Source: a virus. Taken from it: DNA of 64,000 nt. Positions within the stretch are counted from its first letter, which is position 1. Every line of letters starts with the position of its first letter. Positions 19,895 to 28,871 of the stretch are shown in pieces. The notes under the pieces are model-generated. The model saw only the letters and a program-made list of their open reading frames with translations, was not told the DNA's origin and did no database searches. The DNA is taken from positions 68,848 to 132,847 of IMG/VR virus record IMGVR_UViG_3300045451_000008. One strand, written 5' to 3'. The translations under genes were made by a program, and so were the position numbers.

Positions 19895-20950
19895 ATGCGC
19901 ATTCTTCTCCGCTCCCCCTTCAGCCCGTACTCCGGCTACGGCAACGACGGCATCGGGATGGCTCAGGCTCTCATCCGGGCTGGCCATGACGTCTTCGTGC
20001 AGGGCACCAGTGTCCAGGCGCCGCTGCCCAAGGACGTGGCTGACCTCTTCACCAAGCCGCTGGAGCCTCCGTTCGATCTCGCCATCATCCACGAGAACCC
20101 CAAGGGCCTCTCGATCCCTCCTGAGGTGCGAGCGAACACCACGACCGTCATCGGTTGGACCATGTGGGAGTACTCCAACATGCGCAACGCGGAGGGTCGC
20201 TCCACCTTCCGGGAGAAGTTCAAGGACTTCGACATCCTCTTCGGCTACGACCAGCCCTCCGTGGACGGCCTGGCAGAGTTCGCAGGAGACGTCCCCACCC
20301 GGGTGCTCCAGGGTGGCTTCATGGCGGAGCAGTGGGAGCCCATCGAGCGGGACTGGCACGAGGGGCGCTTCGGCTTCTGCATGAACGGGATGCTGGCCGA
20401 CCGCAAGAATCCCTTCGTCGCCATCCAGGCCTTCGGGGAGCTGAAGGACGAGCACCCGGACTTCGAGCTGGCAGAGCTGCACCTGAAGACTCAGACCAAC
20501 TTCCTGCACCCGCTCCTGGAGGAGCGCTACGACCGACTGCGCATCCACCTCGCCACGTGGCCCCAGGACGTCCTGAAGGGCTTCTACGGCAAGCAGCACG
20601 TCCTCCTCGCCCCGTCGCGCGGAGAGGGTCTCAACGTGCCCGCTCTGGAGTTCCAGGCCACAGGTGGCGTCGTCATCGGTACGAACTGGGGAGGGCAGTC
20701 GCAGTGGCTCCACCCGAGCTACTCCTACCCGCTGAACTACCAGCTCATCGCACAGGACCCCAAGTTCCCCACGTCCCTCAACGCCGAAGCCGACATCTCG
20801 CACTTGAAGCAGCTCATGCTCCACGCGTTCCGCAACCGCTTCGAGGTCGAGAACAAGGGCGCCGTCGCCTCGCAGATCATCCCGAGTTCGCTCTCCTGGG
20901 ACGCCGTCATGCGTCGCTTCTTCGACAAGATGAAGGACACCCTCAAGTGA
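19895..20950 (+). CDS. Glycosyltransferase (GT-B, GT4-like)
   Basis: SGYG N-terminus, WTMWE, RKNP, and PSRGEGLNVPALE (EX7E) motif. Confidence 0.85.
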   Translation: MRILLRSPFSPYSGYGNDGIGMAQALIRAGHDVFVQGTSVQAPLPKDVADLFTKPLEPPFDLAIIHENPKGLSIPPEVRANTTTVIGWTMWEYSNMRNAEGRSTFREKFKDFDILFGYDQPSVDGLAEFAGDVPTRVLQGGFMAEQWEPIERDWHEGRFGFCMNGMLADRKNPFVAIQAFGELKDEHPDFELAELHLKTQTNFLHPLLEERYDRLRIHLATWPQDVLKGFYGKQHVLLAPSRGEGLNVPALEFQATGGVVIGTNWGGQSQWLHPSYSYPLNYQLIAQDPKFPTSLNAEADISHLKQLMLHAFRNRFEVENKGAVASQIIPSSLSWDAVMRRFFDKMKDTLK

Positions 20951-21180
20951 ACTCCGTAGACGTGCGCTGTCCGTACAACCACGCGAGGCTCTTCGGAAAG
21001 CTCATGCTCTCCGATAATCGGCCTCGTATCGACTCCGAGAGCAATCTCATGGAGTACGCCTGTGCGGATTGCAAGAAGCACTACGTCCGCAATGGAAGGA
21101 CTATTCGGCTTGTCCTCCACCGCTACAACTTCCTCGGTGAGTTGATCGAAACGGTCGATGAAGAGGGCAACCTTCTCTGA
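20947..21180 (+). CDS. Small zinc-ribbon protein
   Basis: GTGA overlap; VRCPYNH...CADC. Confidence 0.6.
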   Translation: MNSVDVRCPYNHARLFGKLMLSDNRPRIDSESNLMEYACADCKKHYVRNGRTIRLVLHRYNFLGELIETVDEEGNLL

Positions 21181-21192
21181 GACCCCTACTGC

Positions 21193-21201
21193 TTGCTAGT
21201 A
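21193..21201 (+). promoter_or_regulatory. Putative late promoter element TTGCTAGTA (copy 2)
   Basis: Upstream of the major tail gene. Confidence 0.5.
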
Positions 21202-21268
21202 AGGGGGACAGAAGGTTGCTGCCTAGGCGGCTACGAGTCACCACGGACTTACAGAAGGAGTAGCTGCC

Positions 21269-21847
21269 ATGGCAAGCACGATCACCGAGGGATTCAGCCT
21301 CTCTCACGCCGCGATCCTGAACGGCACCACGGGTGCGGAGGAGGCTGTCGGCGACATCTACGGCATCCGCTCCGGCTCGATGGAGCTGGACACGGACTCG
21401 TACGACAACACGGGTGACGACAGCATCCTGTCCACGTGGTACTGGTTCAACCGGGCCACCCTGACCATCCAGTCGGGCTACGTGCCGTTCGAGACCATCG
21501 CGCTCCTCTCGGGCTCGAAGGTGACCAGCTCGGGGGCCGCCCCGAACGACGTCATCTCGATGCCGCTGTGGGAGACCCGTCAGAACAACACGACCCCGCG
21601 CCCGGTGCTCGTGCGCGTCCCGGCCAAGGACCACAACGGCGTCCTGCGCACGCTGGACTTCGTCCTCTTCAAGGTCCAGTTCCAGCCGTTCTCGTTCGAC
21701 GGCCCTTCCTACAAGGAAGGCCTCCTCCTGAACTACACGGGCACCGCGCTCAGCTCGGCCACGGACGAGAAGGGCCAGCCGGTCCTCGACTCCCAGACGG
21801 GCCAGCCGACCAAGGCCATCGGTCGCATGCTCTCGCGACCGGCCTGA
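21269..21847 (+). CDS. Major tail protein
   Basis: Precedes the tail chaperones and tape measure; RBS AAGGAG; beta-rich. Confidence 0.8.
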   Translation: MASTITEGFSLSHAAILNGTTGAEEAVGDIYGIRSGSMELDTDSYDNTGDDSILSTWYWFNRATLTIQSGYVPFETIALLSGSKVTSSGAAPNDVISMPLWETRQNNTTPRPVLVRVPAKDHNGVLRTLDFVLFKVQFQPFSFDGPSYKEGLLLNYTGTALSSATDEKGQPVLDSQTGQPTKAIGRMLSRPA

Positions 21848-21908
21848 GCCGAGCAGGTAAGCTGAGCAATCAGCAAGCCCCTGTCATCTAGTCAAGGAGA
21901 CGAGTCGC

Positions 21909-22445
21909 GTGACGACCAAGAGCACCAAGCAGACCCAGACCGACATCGAGGCTCTCGTCCCGGAGCCGGAAGTGTTCACCCTCACTTCCGGCTCCGTGGT
22001 GCGTATCAAGCCCCTTCGCACTCTGGAGCTGCTCAAGCTCCTCAAGGTGCTCACCCGCGGCATCGGTCCGAACCTCGACCTCGTCAACTTCGATGAGGAC
22101 TCGGATTCGGCTGCCTTCGCTCAGCAGCTCATCCTCGTCATCACCTCCGCCATCCCCGAGGCGCCTGAGGAGATGTTCGACTTCATCCGCTCCATGGTTC
22201 GCCCGGAGACGGACTGGATCGAGCGCCCTCTCACCAAGGAGCAGCGTGCTTCCAACGCGCAGCTCCAGGAGGATCTCGACTTCGAGCTTCAGAACCCGGA
22301 GATCGAGGACACCATCGACATCGTGTCCAAGATCATCGAGAACGAGGCGGAGGACTTGCAGGGCCTGGGAAAAAAGGTAGTCGCCGTCTACAAGACGACG
22401 GCGGGCCGTCTCGGAGCGAAGAACTCCTCCTCCAAGACCTCGTAG
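21909..22445 (+). CDS. Tail assembly chaperone (gpG-like)
   Basis: Position; slippery site near the 3' end. Confidence 0.85.
   Translation: MTTKSTKQTQTDIEALVPEPEVFTLTSGSVVRIKPLRTLELLKLLKVLTRGIGPNLDLVNFDEDSDSAAFAQQLILVITSAIPEAPEEMFDFIRSMVRPETDWIERPLTKEQRASNAQLQEDLDFELQNPEIEDTIDIVSKIIENEAEDLQGLGKKVVAVYKTTAGRLGAKNSSSKTS
22367..22376 (+). other. -1 programmed frameshift site GGGAAAA
   Basis: G GGA AAA AAG in frame 0; the -1 frame is open from here through ORF 22484-22858. Confidence 0.85.
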
Positions 22446-22858
22446 CTCTCGACCCCGGGAATCTTCTTGGTTCCTACAGCGAGATGTTCGACCTCATCTC
22501 CAGCGAGTACGGCTGGTCAGATAAGAAGATTCTGAAGCTCCGCATCCGCAGGCTTCGCCAGATCATCGCAGCCATCTCCCGTAGACGGTACTTCGAGGAT
22601 CGCAAGGTCAAGTCCCTCGCCTCATGGCAGACCCGCATGACTGCGCAGTACATCGCAGCGGGCTACATGATCGCAGAGGGCAAGGAGAACGAGGGCCTGG
22701 CTATGGCTCAGGTCCTCGCCTTCGATGAGATCGAGAAGCAACAACTGGAAGAACTGTCCCGAGCAGCTAAGGACATTCCTCTGGAAGACTCTGTCAAGGC
22801 CGGGTCGTTCGAGCGAATGATGGGCCTCATGTCTACCCGAGGCGGATTCCAGAAGTAG
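22367..22858 (+). CDS. Tail assembly chaperone gpT part (frameshift fusion spans 21909-22858)
   Basis: Open -1 frame; FDLISSEYGWS motif. Confidence 0.8.
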   Translation, partial: GKKGSRRLQDDGGPSRSEELLLQDLVALDPGNLLGSYSEMFDLISSEYGWSDKKILKLRIRRLRQIIAAISRRRYFEDRKVKSLASWQTRMTAQYIAAGYMIAEGKENEGLAMAQVLAFDEIEKQQLEELSRAAKDIPLEDSVKAGSFERMMGLMSTRGGFQK

Positions 22859-22870
22859 GAGAAGTCAGCA

Positions 22871-25800
22871 ATGGCCGACAACGAGACGCGAGTGCTCTAT
22901 AAGGCCATTGCTGACTTCTCTGCGCTGAAGCGCGCTGCCGCCGCGGCGAAGGCTGACCTTGCTGCCCTCAGGGCCGAGGAAGCCGCCACCAACACCGCGT
23001 CCGTCGATGGCGCGAAGAAGGCCGACTCCGCGCGCTCCAACTCCGCCAAGCGGATCAAGGAGGTCACGCAGGCCAACAAGGAGAGCAAGGAGGTCGCTGA
23101 AGAAGCGGCCGAGGCTTTCGACCACCAGACCGACGCGGTCATGGACGTGGCCAAGTCCATCCTCAAGGCGGTAGACGCCAAGCGGAAGGACGGCCAGGCC
23201 ACCGCCACGGCCACCCGTGCAGCTCGTGACTTCACCAAGGCCTCCGAGAAGGCGGCGCAGGCCTCTTCCAAGTACGCGACCTCTCAGAACAAGAGTTCGG
23301 GTGGGCTCAAGAAGTTCATCGCGGACACCATCAAGGCCCGAACATCCATGGGCCAGGCAAGCGCGTCCTCCAGCGCGCTCCTGAAGAACCTGAACAAGTT
23401 CGCGAACTGGCGCCCCAAGCTGGTGCCGCCCTTCGTGGCGCTCGTGCCGATCATTGGTGCGGTCCTCGCTGCCGTGAACCCCCTCATCGGCCTTCTGGGG
23501 GCCGCAGGCGCCGCAGCCATCGGTTTCGCATCTTCCCTGGGCTCCCTTGCTGGAGCCGCTCTGGCGGTCCCTGGTGCCCTCGCAGCGGTGGCTACGGGTA
23601 TCTCGTCGGTGATCGGAGCCTTCGGAGGCGTCGGCACGGTCTTCAAGGCCTTCGGTGCCATGAAGAAGGCTGGTGGCGGAGGCGGTGGTGGCGGCGGAGG
23701 CGGCGCTCCCAAGGACGACCGTGACCCCATCGAGGAAGCTCGCAAGCGCAAGCGTGCAGCCGAAGACATCATCAACGCTCAGATCGATCTGGGTCGCGCC
23801 TACGAGGACGCCGCCGAGGAGATCTCGGACGCACAGACCCGAGTGGACAAGGCCAACCGGGACGCCACCAAGGCACAGAAGGCCATCAACGACGCGCGCA
23901 AGGCCGCGCTCAAGAATCTTGTTGACCTCCGCGAAGAGGTCTCCCGCAACGCGCTCAACGAGGAGCGTGCTCTGGCGAACCTCCAGCAGGCTCGCGAGGA
24001 GTACAACAACGTCATGGCGGACCCCGCGTCCACCCGTGGCGACAAGATGGACGCCGCCGTCCGTGTCAAGGAAGCAGAAGCCGACCTCGCGGACACCCGC
24101 AAGGAGGGCATCGAGAACGTCGAAGCTCTGGCTGAGGCTGAGAAGAAGGGCGTGGACGGCGCCGACGATGTCGTAGACGCTCAGGAGTCCCTCACCGATG
24201 CTCTCGAAGAGCAGTCGGATGCCTACCGCGACCTCAAGCGTGCGCAGGAGGACCAGTCCCGCACTATCCAGTCGGCTCAGCGCAACCTGGAGGACGCCGA
24301 GCAGGCTCTCAAGGACCTGAACAAGGCCGCACAGGACGTCGGCGGCGGCGGAGGCGGAGGCGGCGCAGGAGCCATCGACGCGTTCAACGAGGCTCTCAAC
24401 AAGCTCTCGCCGTCCGCGCGCAAGGTCGTGCTCGCGCTTCTGGCCATGGCACCCGCGTGGGAGGCCATGCGCAAGGGCGTCCAGGAGGCATTCTTCTCCG
24501 AGCTGGTGGACAGCATGGACGAGGTCGCGAGCCTCATTCCTGTGCTGGGCAACCTCTGGGGCAAGGCCGCAGGCGCCATGGGCCGCTTCATGGCCAAGGG
24601 CATCGAGATGATCGCCTCCGGTCCGTGGACCGATGACTTCGCCACCATTGCAGACCGCAACGTCGGGGTCATCGAGGGCCTGGGCGACATGGTGCTCTAT
24701 CTCCTCGACGCCATGCGCAACGTCGTCATCGCGGCTGGTCCGTTCCTCCAGTGGATGGTGGACGGCCTCGCTGAGGGCGCCAAGAACTTCCGAGACCTGA
24801 CCCAGGCGGGTCGAGACTCGGGCTCCATGGCGGACTACCTGGAGCGCGTCGCTGACCGTCTCTCGCAGTGGTGGCGCATCCTCAAGAACATCGTCATGAC
24901 GGTGGTGAACTTCGGCTCCGCAGCGAGCGAGTTCGCAAGCTGGATGACTGACGGCTTCGAGAAGATGACCGCGGGCTGGCGTGAAGCCTCCGAGGCTGCC
25001 AAGGAGGAGGGCTCGCCCTTCAAGCAGTGGCTGGAGGATACCAAGCCGGTCATCACGGCGCTGAAGGAGATGTTCGGCACCTTCTTCGGTTGGTTCGCCC
25101 GGGAGGCCTCTGACAAGGGCAACCTGAAGCAGATCGAAGACATCATCACCAAGGTCACCACGGAGCTGGGACCTGCCGTTGGTGAGCTTCTAGACACCCT
25201 CTCCAAGACTGGTGTCGCTCCGGCTCTCGTGGATGCCATCACGGCCATCATCGAGTCGCTGAACAGCATCATGGGCAACGGTGGCGCCGAGGGCCTGAAG
25301 AACTTCTTCAAGGTCGTCGTCGGCTTCTTCGAGGCGCTCGCCAAGATCTCTGCGGCGCCCGGCGTCGGTGAGTTCATGGGCTTCCTCGTGGCCATGCTCG
25401 GACCCATCGCGGCTCTCTCCTTCATCGGCAAGTTCACGGGCCTCTTCAACCTCTTCGGCTGGCTCCTGCGCATGGGCGGCAGTGCTGGCGTGCTCAAGTT
25501 CCTGGGTGCTCTTGGAGGGCTCGCGGGCGGCGGCATCAAGTCGCTGGGCAACATGGTCTTCGGCGGCGGGGGCGGCGGTGGGAAGCCGGGAGCTGGAGCT
25601 GGTGGCAAGCCGGGTGGCGGTGCGGGCTTCGGCTCTGACTCGTACCTCTCGGGCGGCTACGACGGCAAGGGTGGCGACACCAAGAGCAGCCCCAAGTGGG
25701 TCCAGAACCTCAAGACGAACCTCAACAAGTCCCCCTCCTGGGTGGGCAAGCTGGGCGACAACATCAAGACCACGCCCAAGTGGGTCTCGGGTCTTGGTAG

Positions 25801-27952
25801 CGGGCTCAAGACCGTAGGAGGCGGTCTCCTCAAGGGTGGTGGCGTCGGTGCCATCGCCTCCATCGGTGGCGCCATCGCCGGAGACGCCATCAAGGGTGAC
25901 GGTCAGGACGCCTCTCGCAACATCATGGGAGACCTCCTCGCGAACGTCGCCGCGGGTGCCGGAGCTGGAGCCTTCGTGGGCTCGGTCGTCCCGGGTGCCG
26001 GAACGGTGGCCGGTGGTGTCGTCGGTGGTGCTGCCGCGGGTGTCGCCACCGTGCTGGGTGCTGACCAGGATGACGTTGCCGAGGTCAACAAGAACCTGAA
26101 CAACTTCCTGGAGGACGCGCAGTCCAACACCGGAAGCATGCAGTGGCTGGGCGACTTCAACGACAGCACTAACGGCATGATGGCCGACTTCTGGGACAAC
26201 ACCACTGGAATGATGGGGGACTTCCAGACCAATACCGATGGCATGTTCGATGACTTCGAGTCGAACACCACCGGCATGATGGACGACTTCTGGTCCAACA
26301 CGGGAGGCATGCTCGATGACTTCGGTAGCAATACCGGAGGCATGATTGACGACTTCAATTCCAATACCGCTGGAATGATGGACGACTTCTGGTCGAACAC
26401 CGGTGGCATGATGGACGACTTCAACTCGAACACCGCTGGGATGTTCGATGACTTCTTCGGCACCAACCTTCCCAACTTCCTGGACGATGCCGGAGCGAAC
26501 TTCGAGAAGGCCGGAACCTGGATTCAGGACCGATTCTCTGATGTCGGCAGCTTTGCCAACGACCGTTTCACCGACGTCAAGAATGGCTTCGAGAACGCGA
26601 AGGACTGGGCGAAGGACAAGTTCACTGACGTCAAGGCTGGTTGGGACACCGCGAAGGACTGGGCGAAGGAGCGCTTCACTGACGTCAAGGCGGGCTGGGA
26701 CAACGCGAAGGACTGGGCGAAGGAGCGCTTCACCGACGTCAAGGCTGGATTCGAGGACGCCAAGGAGTTTGCTAAGGAGCGCTTCACTGACGTCAAGGCG
26801 GGCTTCGAGAACGCGAAGGAGTGGGCTAAGGAGAAGTTCAGCGACGTCAAGGCTGGCTGGGATAACGCCAAGGACTTTGCCAAGGACCGCTTCACCGACG
26901 TCAAGAACGGGTGGGATAACGCTAAGAACTGGGCTCGGGACAAGTTCTCCGAGGTCAAGGCTGGCTGGGATAACGCCAAGGAGTTTGCTAAGGAGCGCTT
27001 CACCGATGTCAAGAATCAGTTCAACGACGCAAAGCAGTGGGCCAAGGACCGCTTCCAGGACGTCAAGAACGGCTTCGATGACGCCAAGCAGTACGCGAAG
27101 GATCGCTTCCAGGATGTGAAGGCTGGCTTCGATGACGCGAAGACCTACGCCAAGGATCGCTTCGGGGACATCGCGAACTTCTTCTCTCCGGTCGCTGACT
27201 TCGCCAACACGGTCTTCGGCAACATCGGGCAGGCTCTGGGCATCGCAGCGGGCAACGTCAACAACGCCGCCGCCAAGGCTGGTCAGGCCGCTACGAACGC
27301 CAACAACGCAGCCAACAACGCCGCAGCCGCAGCGTCCGCCGCGAATGCCCCGAAGGGCATGGGTCGTCCCGGAGTCAAGAACGCTCAGTCGGGTGGCTTC
27401 ATCAGTGGCCAGTACCTGGCGTCTGGTGGCAAGGTGCTCCAGCAGCAGTTCAACAACCGCTTCGGCAAGATGCGCACTCGTGGCACGGACACCGTCCCCG
27501 CCATGCTGACCCCGGGTGAGTTCGTCGTGCGCCGGGACATCGTCAAGCGCATCGGTGCCGAGAATCTGGCTCGCCTGAACTCGGGTATCGGTTCCTACTC
27601 GGACCTCATGGCTGGCTACTTCAAGCAGCAGAGCGTGAGTGACAAGCAGAAGTCGGGAGCCTCGTCAGTCACGGTGGCCAAGCGCGCCAACGGCGACCAG
27701 AAGAACGTGGACGTCTTCTACCTCTCTGGAGGTGGGCTTCTCCCGGGCAACCGCGGCAGTGCCCCTGTCACGGGCTCCCTGTCGGCTCAGCGCCTCGCAG
27801 AGGCCGCTGCCAGCTCGTCGGCTGTCTACAACACGAACACCTCTGACAGCGGCCTGACCATCGAGCGCGTCGTCATCAACAACCCGCTGCCGGAGACCGC
27901 TTCTGAGTCCACCGCTTCCTCGATTCGGAAGCTCACCTACCTTCACGACTAG
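22871..27952 (+). CDS. Tape measure protein
   Basis: 1693 aa, Ala/Gly-rich with aromatic periodic repeats; GTDTVPAMLTPGEFVV motif. Confidence 0.95.
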   Translation: MADNETRVLYKAIADFSALKRAAAAAKADLAALRAEEAATNTASVDGAKKADSARSNSAKRIKEVTQANKESKEVAEEAAEAFDHQTDAVMDVAKSILKAVDAKRKDGQATATATRAARDFTKASEKAAQASSKYATSQNKSSGGLKKFIADTIKARTSMGQASASSSALLKNLNKFANWRPKLVPPFVALVPIIGAVLAAVNPLIGLLGAAGAAAIGFASSLGSLAGAALAVPGALAAVATGISSVIGAFGGVGTVFKAFGAMKKAGGGGGGGGGGGAPKDDRDPIEEARKRKRAAEDIINAQIDLGRAYEDAAEEISDAQTRVDKANRDATKAQKAINDARKAALKNLVDLREEVSRNALNEERALANLQQAREEYNNVMADPASTRGDKMDAAVRVKEAEADLADTRKEGIENVEALAEAEKKGVDGADDVVDAQESLTDALEEQSDAYRDLKRAQEDQSRTIQSAQRNLEDAEQALKDLNKAAQDVGGGGGGGGAGAIDAFNEALNKLSPSARKVVLALLAMAPAWEAMRKGVQEAFFSELVDSMDEVASLIPVLGNLWGKAAGAMGRFMAKGIEMIASGPWTDDFATIADRNVGVIEGLGDMVLYLLDAMRNVVIAAGPFLQWMVDGLAEGAKNFRDLTQAGRDSGSMADYLERVADRLSQWWRILKNIVMTVVNFGSAASEFASWMTDGFEKMTAGWREASEAAKEEGSPFKQWLEDTKPVITALKEMFGTFFGWFAREASDKGNLKQIEDIITKVTTELGPAVGELLDTLSKTGVAPALVDAITAIIESLNSIMGNGGAEGLKNFFKVVVGFFEALAKISAAPGVGEFMGFLVAMLGPIAALSFIGKFTGLFNLFGWLLRMGGSAGVLKFLGALGGLAGGGIKSLGNMVFGGGGGGGKPGAGAGGKPGGGAGFGSDSYLSGGYDGKGGDTKSSPKWVQNLKTNLNKSPSWVGKLGDNIKTTPKWVSGLGSGLKTVGGGLLKGGGVGAIASIGGAIAGDAIKGDGQDASRNIMGDLLANVAAGAGAGAFVGSVVPGAGTVAGGVVGGAAAGVATVLGADQDDVAEVNKNLNNFLEDAQSNTGSMQWLGDFNDSTNGMMADFWDNTTGMMGDFQTNTDGMFDDFESNTTGMMDDFWSNTGGMLDDFGSNTGGMIDDFNSNTAGMMDDFWSNTGGMMDDFNSNTAGMFDDFFGTNLPNFLDDAGANFEKAGTWIQDRFSDVGSFANDRFTDVKNGFENAKDWAKDKFTDVKAGWDTAKDWAKERFTDVKAGWDNAKDWAKERFTDVKAGFEDAKEFAKERFTDVKAGFENAKEWAKEKFSDVKAGWDNAKDFAKDRFTDVKNGWDNAKNWARDKFSEVKAGWDNAKEFAKERFTDVKNQFNDAKQWAKDRFQDVKNGFDDAKQYAKDRFQDVKAGFDDAKTYAKDRFGDIANFFSPVADFANTVFGNIGQALGIAAGNVNNAAAKAGQAATNANNAANNAAAAASAANAPKGMGRPGVKNAQSGGFISGQYLASGGKVLQQQFNNRFGKMRTRGTDTVPAMLTPGEFVVRRDIVKRIGAENLARLNSGIGSYSDLMAGYFKQQSVSDKQKSGASSVTVAKRANGDQKNVDVFYLSGGGLLPGNRGSAPVTGSLSAQRLAEAAASSSAVYNTNTSDSGLTIERVVINNPLPETASESTASSIRKLTYLHD
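26150..27175 (+). repeat. In-frame tandem repeats in tape measure (33-nt then 54-nt units)
   Basis: 11-aa DFWSNTGGMMD-type units followed by about 11 18-aa ERFTDVKAGWDNAKDWAK-type units. Confidence 0.85.
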
Positions 27953-27986
27953 ACTGATCTGACGCGCTTACAGGAGGGCATGACCC

Positions 27987-28871
27987 GTGGCGAACACCAC
28001 CAACGAGTACTGGTCTTACGCCGGTGTCTCTCTTCAGACCTTCGCGTACAACATCCAGACCATCGGTGGCGACCGTATCGGTGTCCCGACCATCCGAGGC
28101 ACTGACATCACGATCCCGTTCCGGGACGGCGACACCTTCATGCCCAAGGCCGCAGGGCCTCGCGTCATCTCGCTGGGCATGTGGGTCCAGGGCTCGGACA
28201 CTGACGGCAACACGACAGCTCGCGGCACAGAAGAAGAATTTGACCGCAACTGGGCACGTCTCCGGAAGCTTTTCTGGGGCAGTCCGCGCAAGCAGTTCCC
28301 CCTCTCCAAGACGGTCTCCTACTGGAAGGCAGACGGCACCCGGGTCCCGGTGCGCGTCACAGCTCAGGCGTCCTTCTCCGGAGGGCTCTCCCCCACGATG
28401 ACCGGGCGCAATCGTGGCCGGTTCACGGTGGACCTGCTTCTGACTGACCCCTGGTTCTACCCGGACGTCCCGCTCACCAAGAGCGTCCCCGTGGGATCCT
28501 CCTGGACCATTCCTGCCGAGCAGATGGGTGACGACCCGACCGACAACATCCGGATCTTCTTCCGAGGTACTTCGGTCAGCAGTCCCAATGTGCAGCTCGT
28601 GGCCAACTCTGAGTTCCCGCAGTCTCTCACCATGAGTCTTCTTGCCAATCTCGGCGGTGTCTCGATGGGCACTCAGGCCGAGGTCTATGTGAAGAGCGGC
28701 TACGTCTACGACCGCACCAACACTCGGTATCTCCCTTCCATCGTGTACCACACGGGAGCCAAGGCCTGGATGATGCTGGGGACCATGGACGACCAAGTGC
28801 TGAGGGTCTCATCTTCCGGATCCGGCAACAACTATGTCGCTGACTTCACGGTTTGGCCGAGGTACTTCTGA
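27987..28871 (+). CDS. Minor tail protein (Dit-like)
   Basis: Directly after tape measure; LTDPWFY motif. Confidence 0.8.
   Translation: MANTTNEYWSYAGVSLQTFAYNIQTIGGDRIGVPTIRGTDITIPFRDGDTFMPKAAGPRVISLGMWVQGSDTDGNTTARGTEEEFDRNWARLRKLFWGSPRKQFPLSKTVSYWKADGTRVPVRVTAQASFSGGLSPTMTGRNRGRFTVDLLLTDPWFYPDVPLTKSVPVGSSWTIPAEQMGDDPTDNIRIFFRGTSVSSPNVQLVANSEFPQSLTMSLLANLGGVSMGTQAEVYVKSGYVYDRTNTRYLPSIVYHTGAKAWMMLGTMDDQVLRVSSSGSGNNYVADFTVWPRYF

Noticed and set aside
26150-27175. Regular DNA repeats resembling a CRISPR array
   Set aside because: In-frame degenerate 33-nt and 54-nt coding repeats of the tape measure; no unique spacers and no cas genes.
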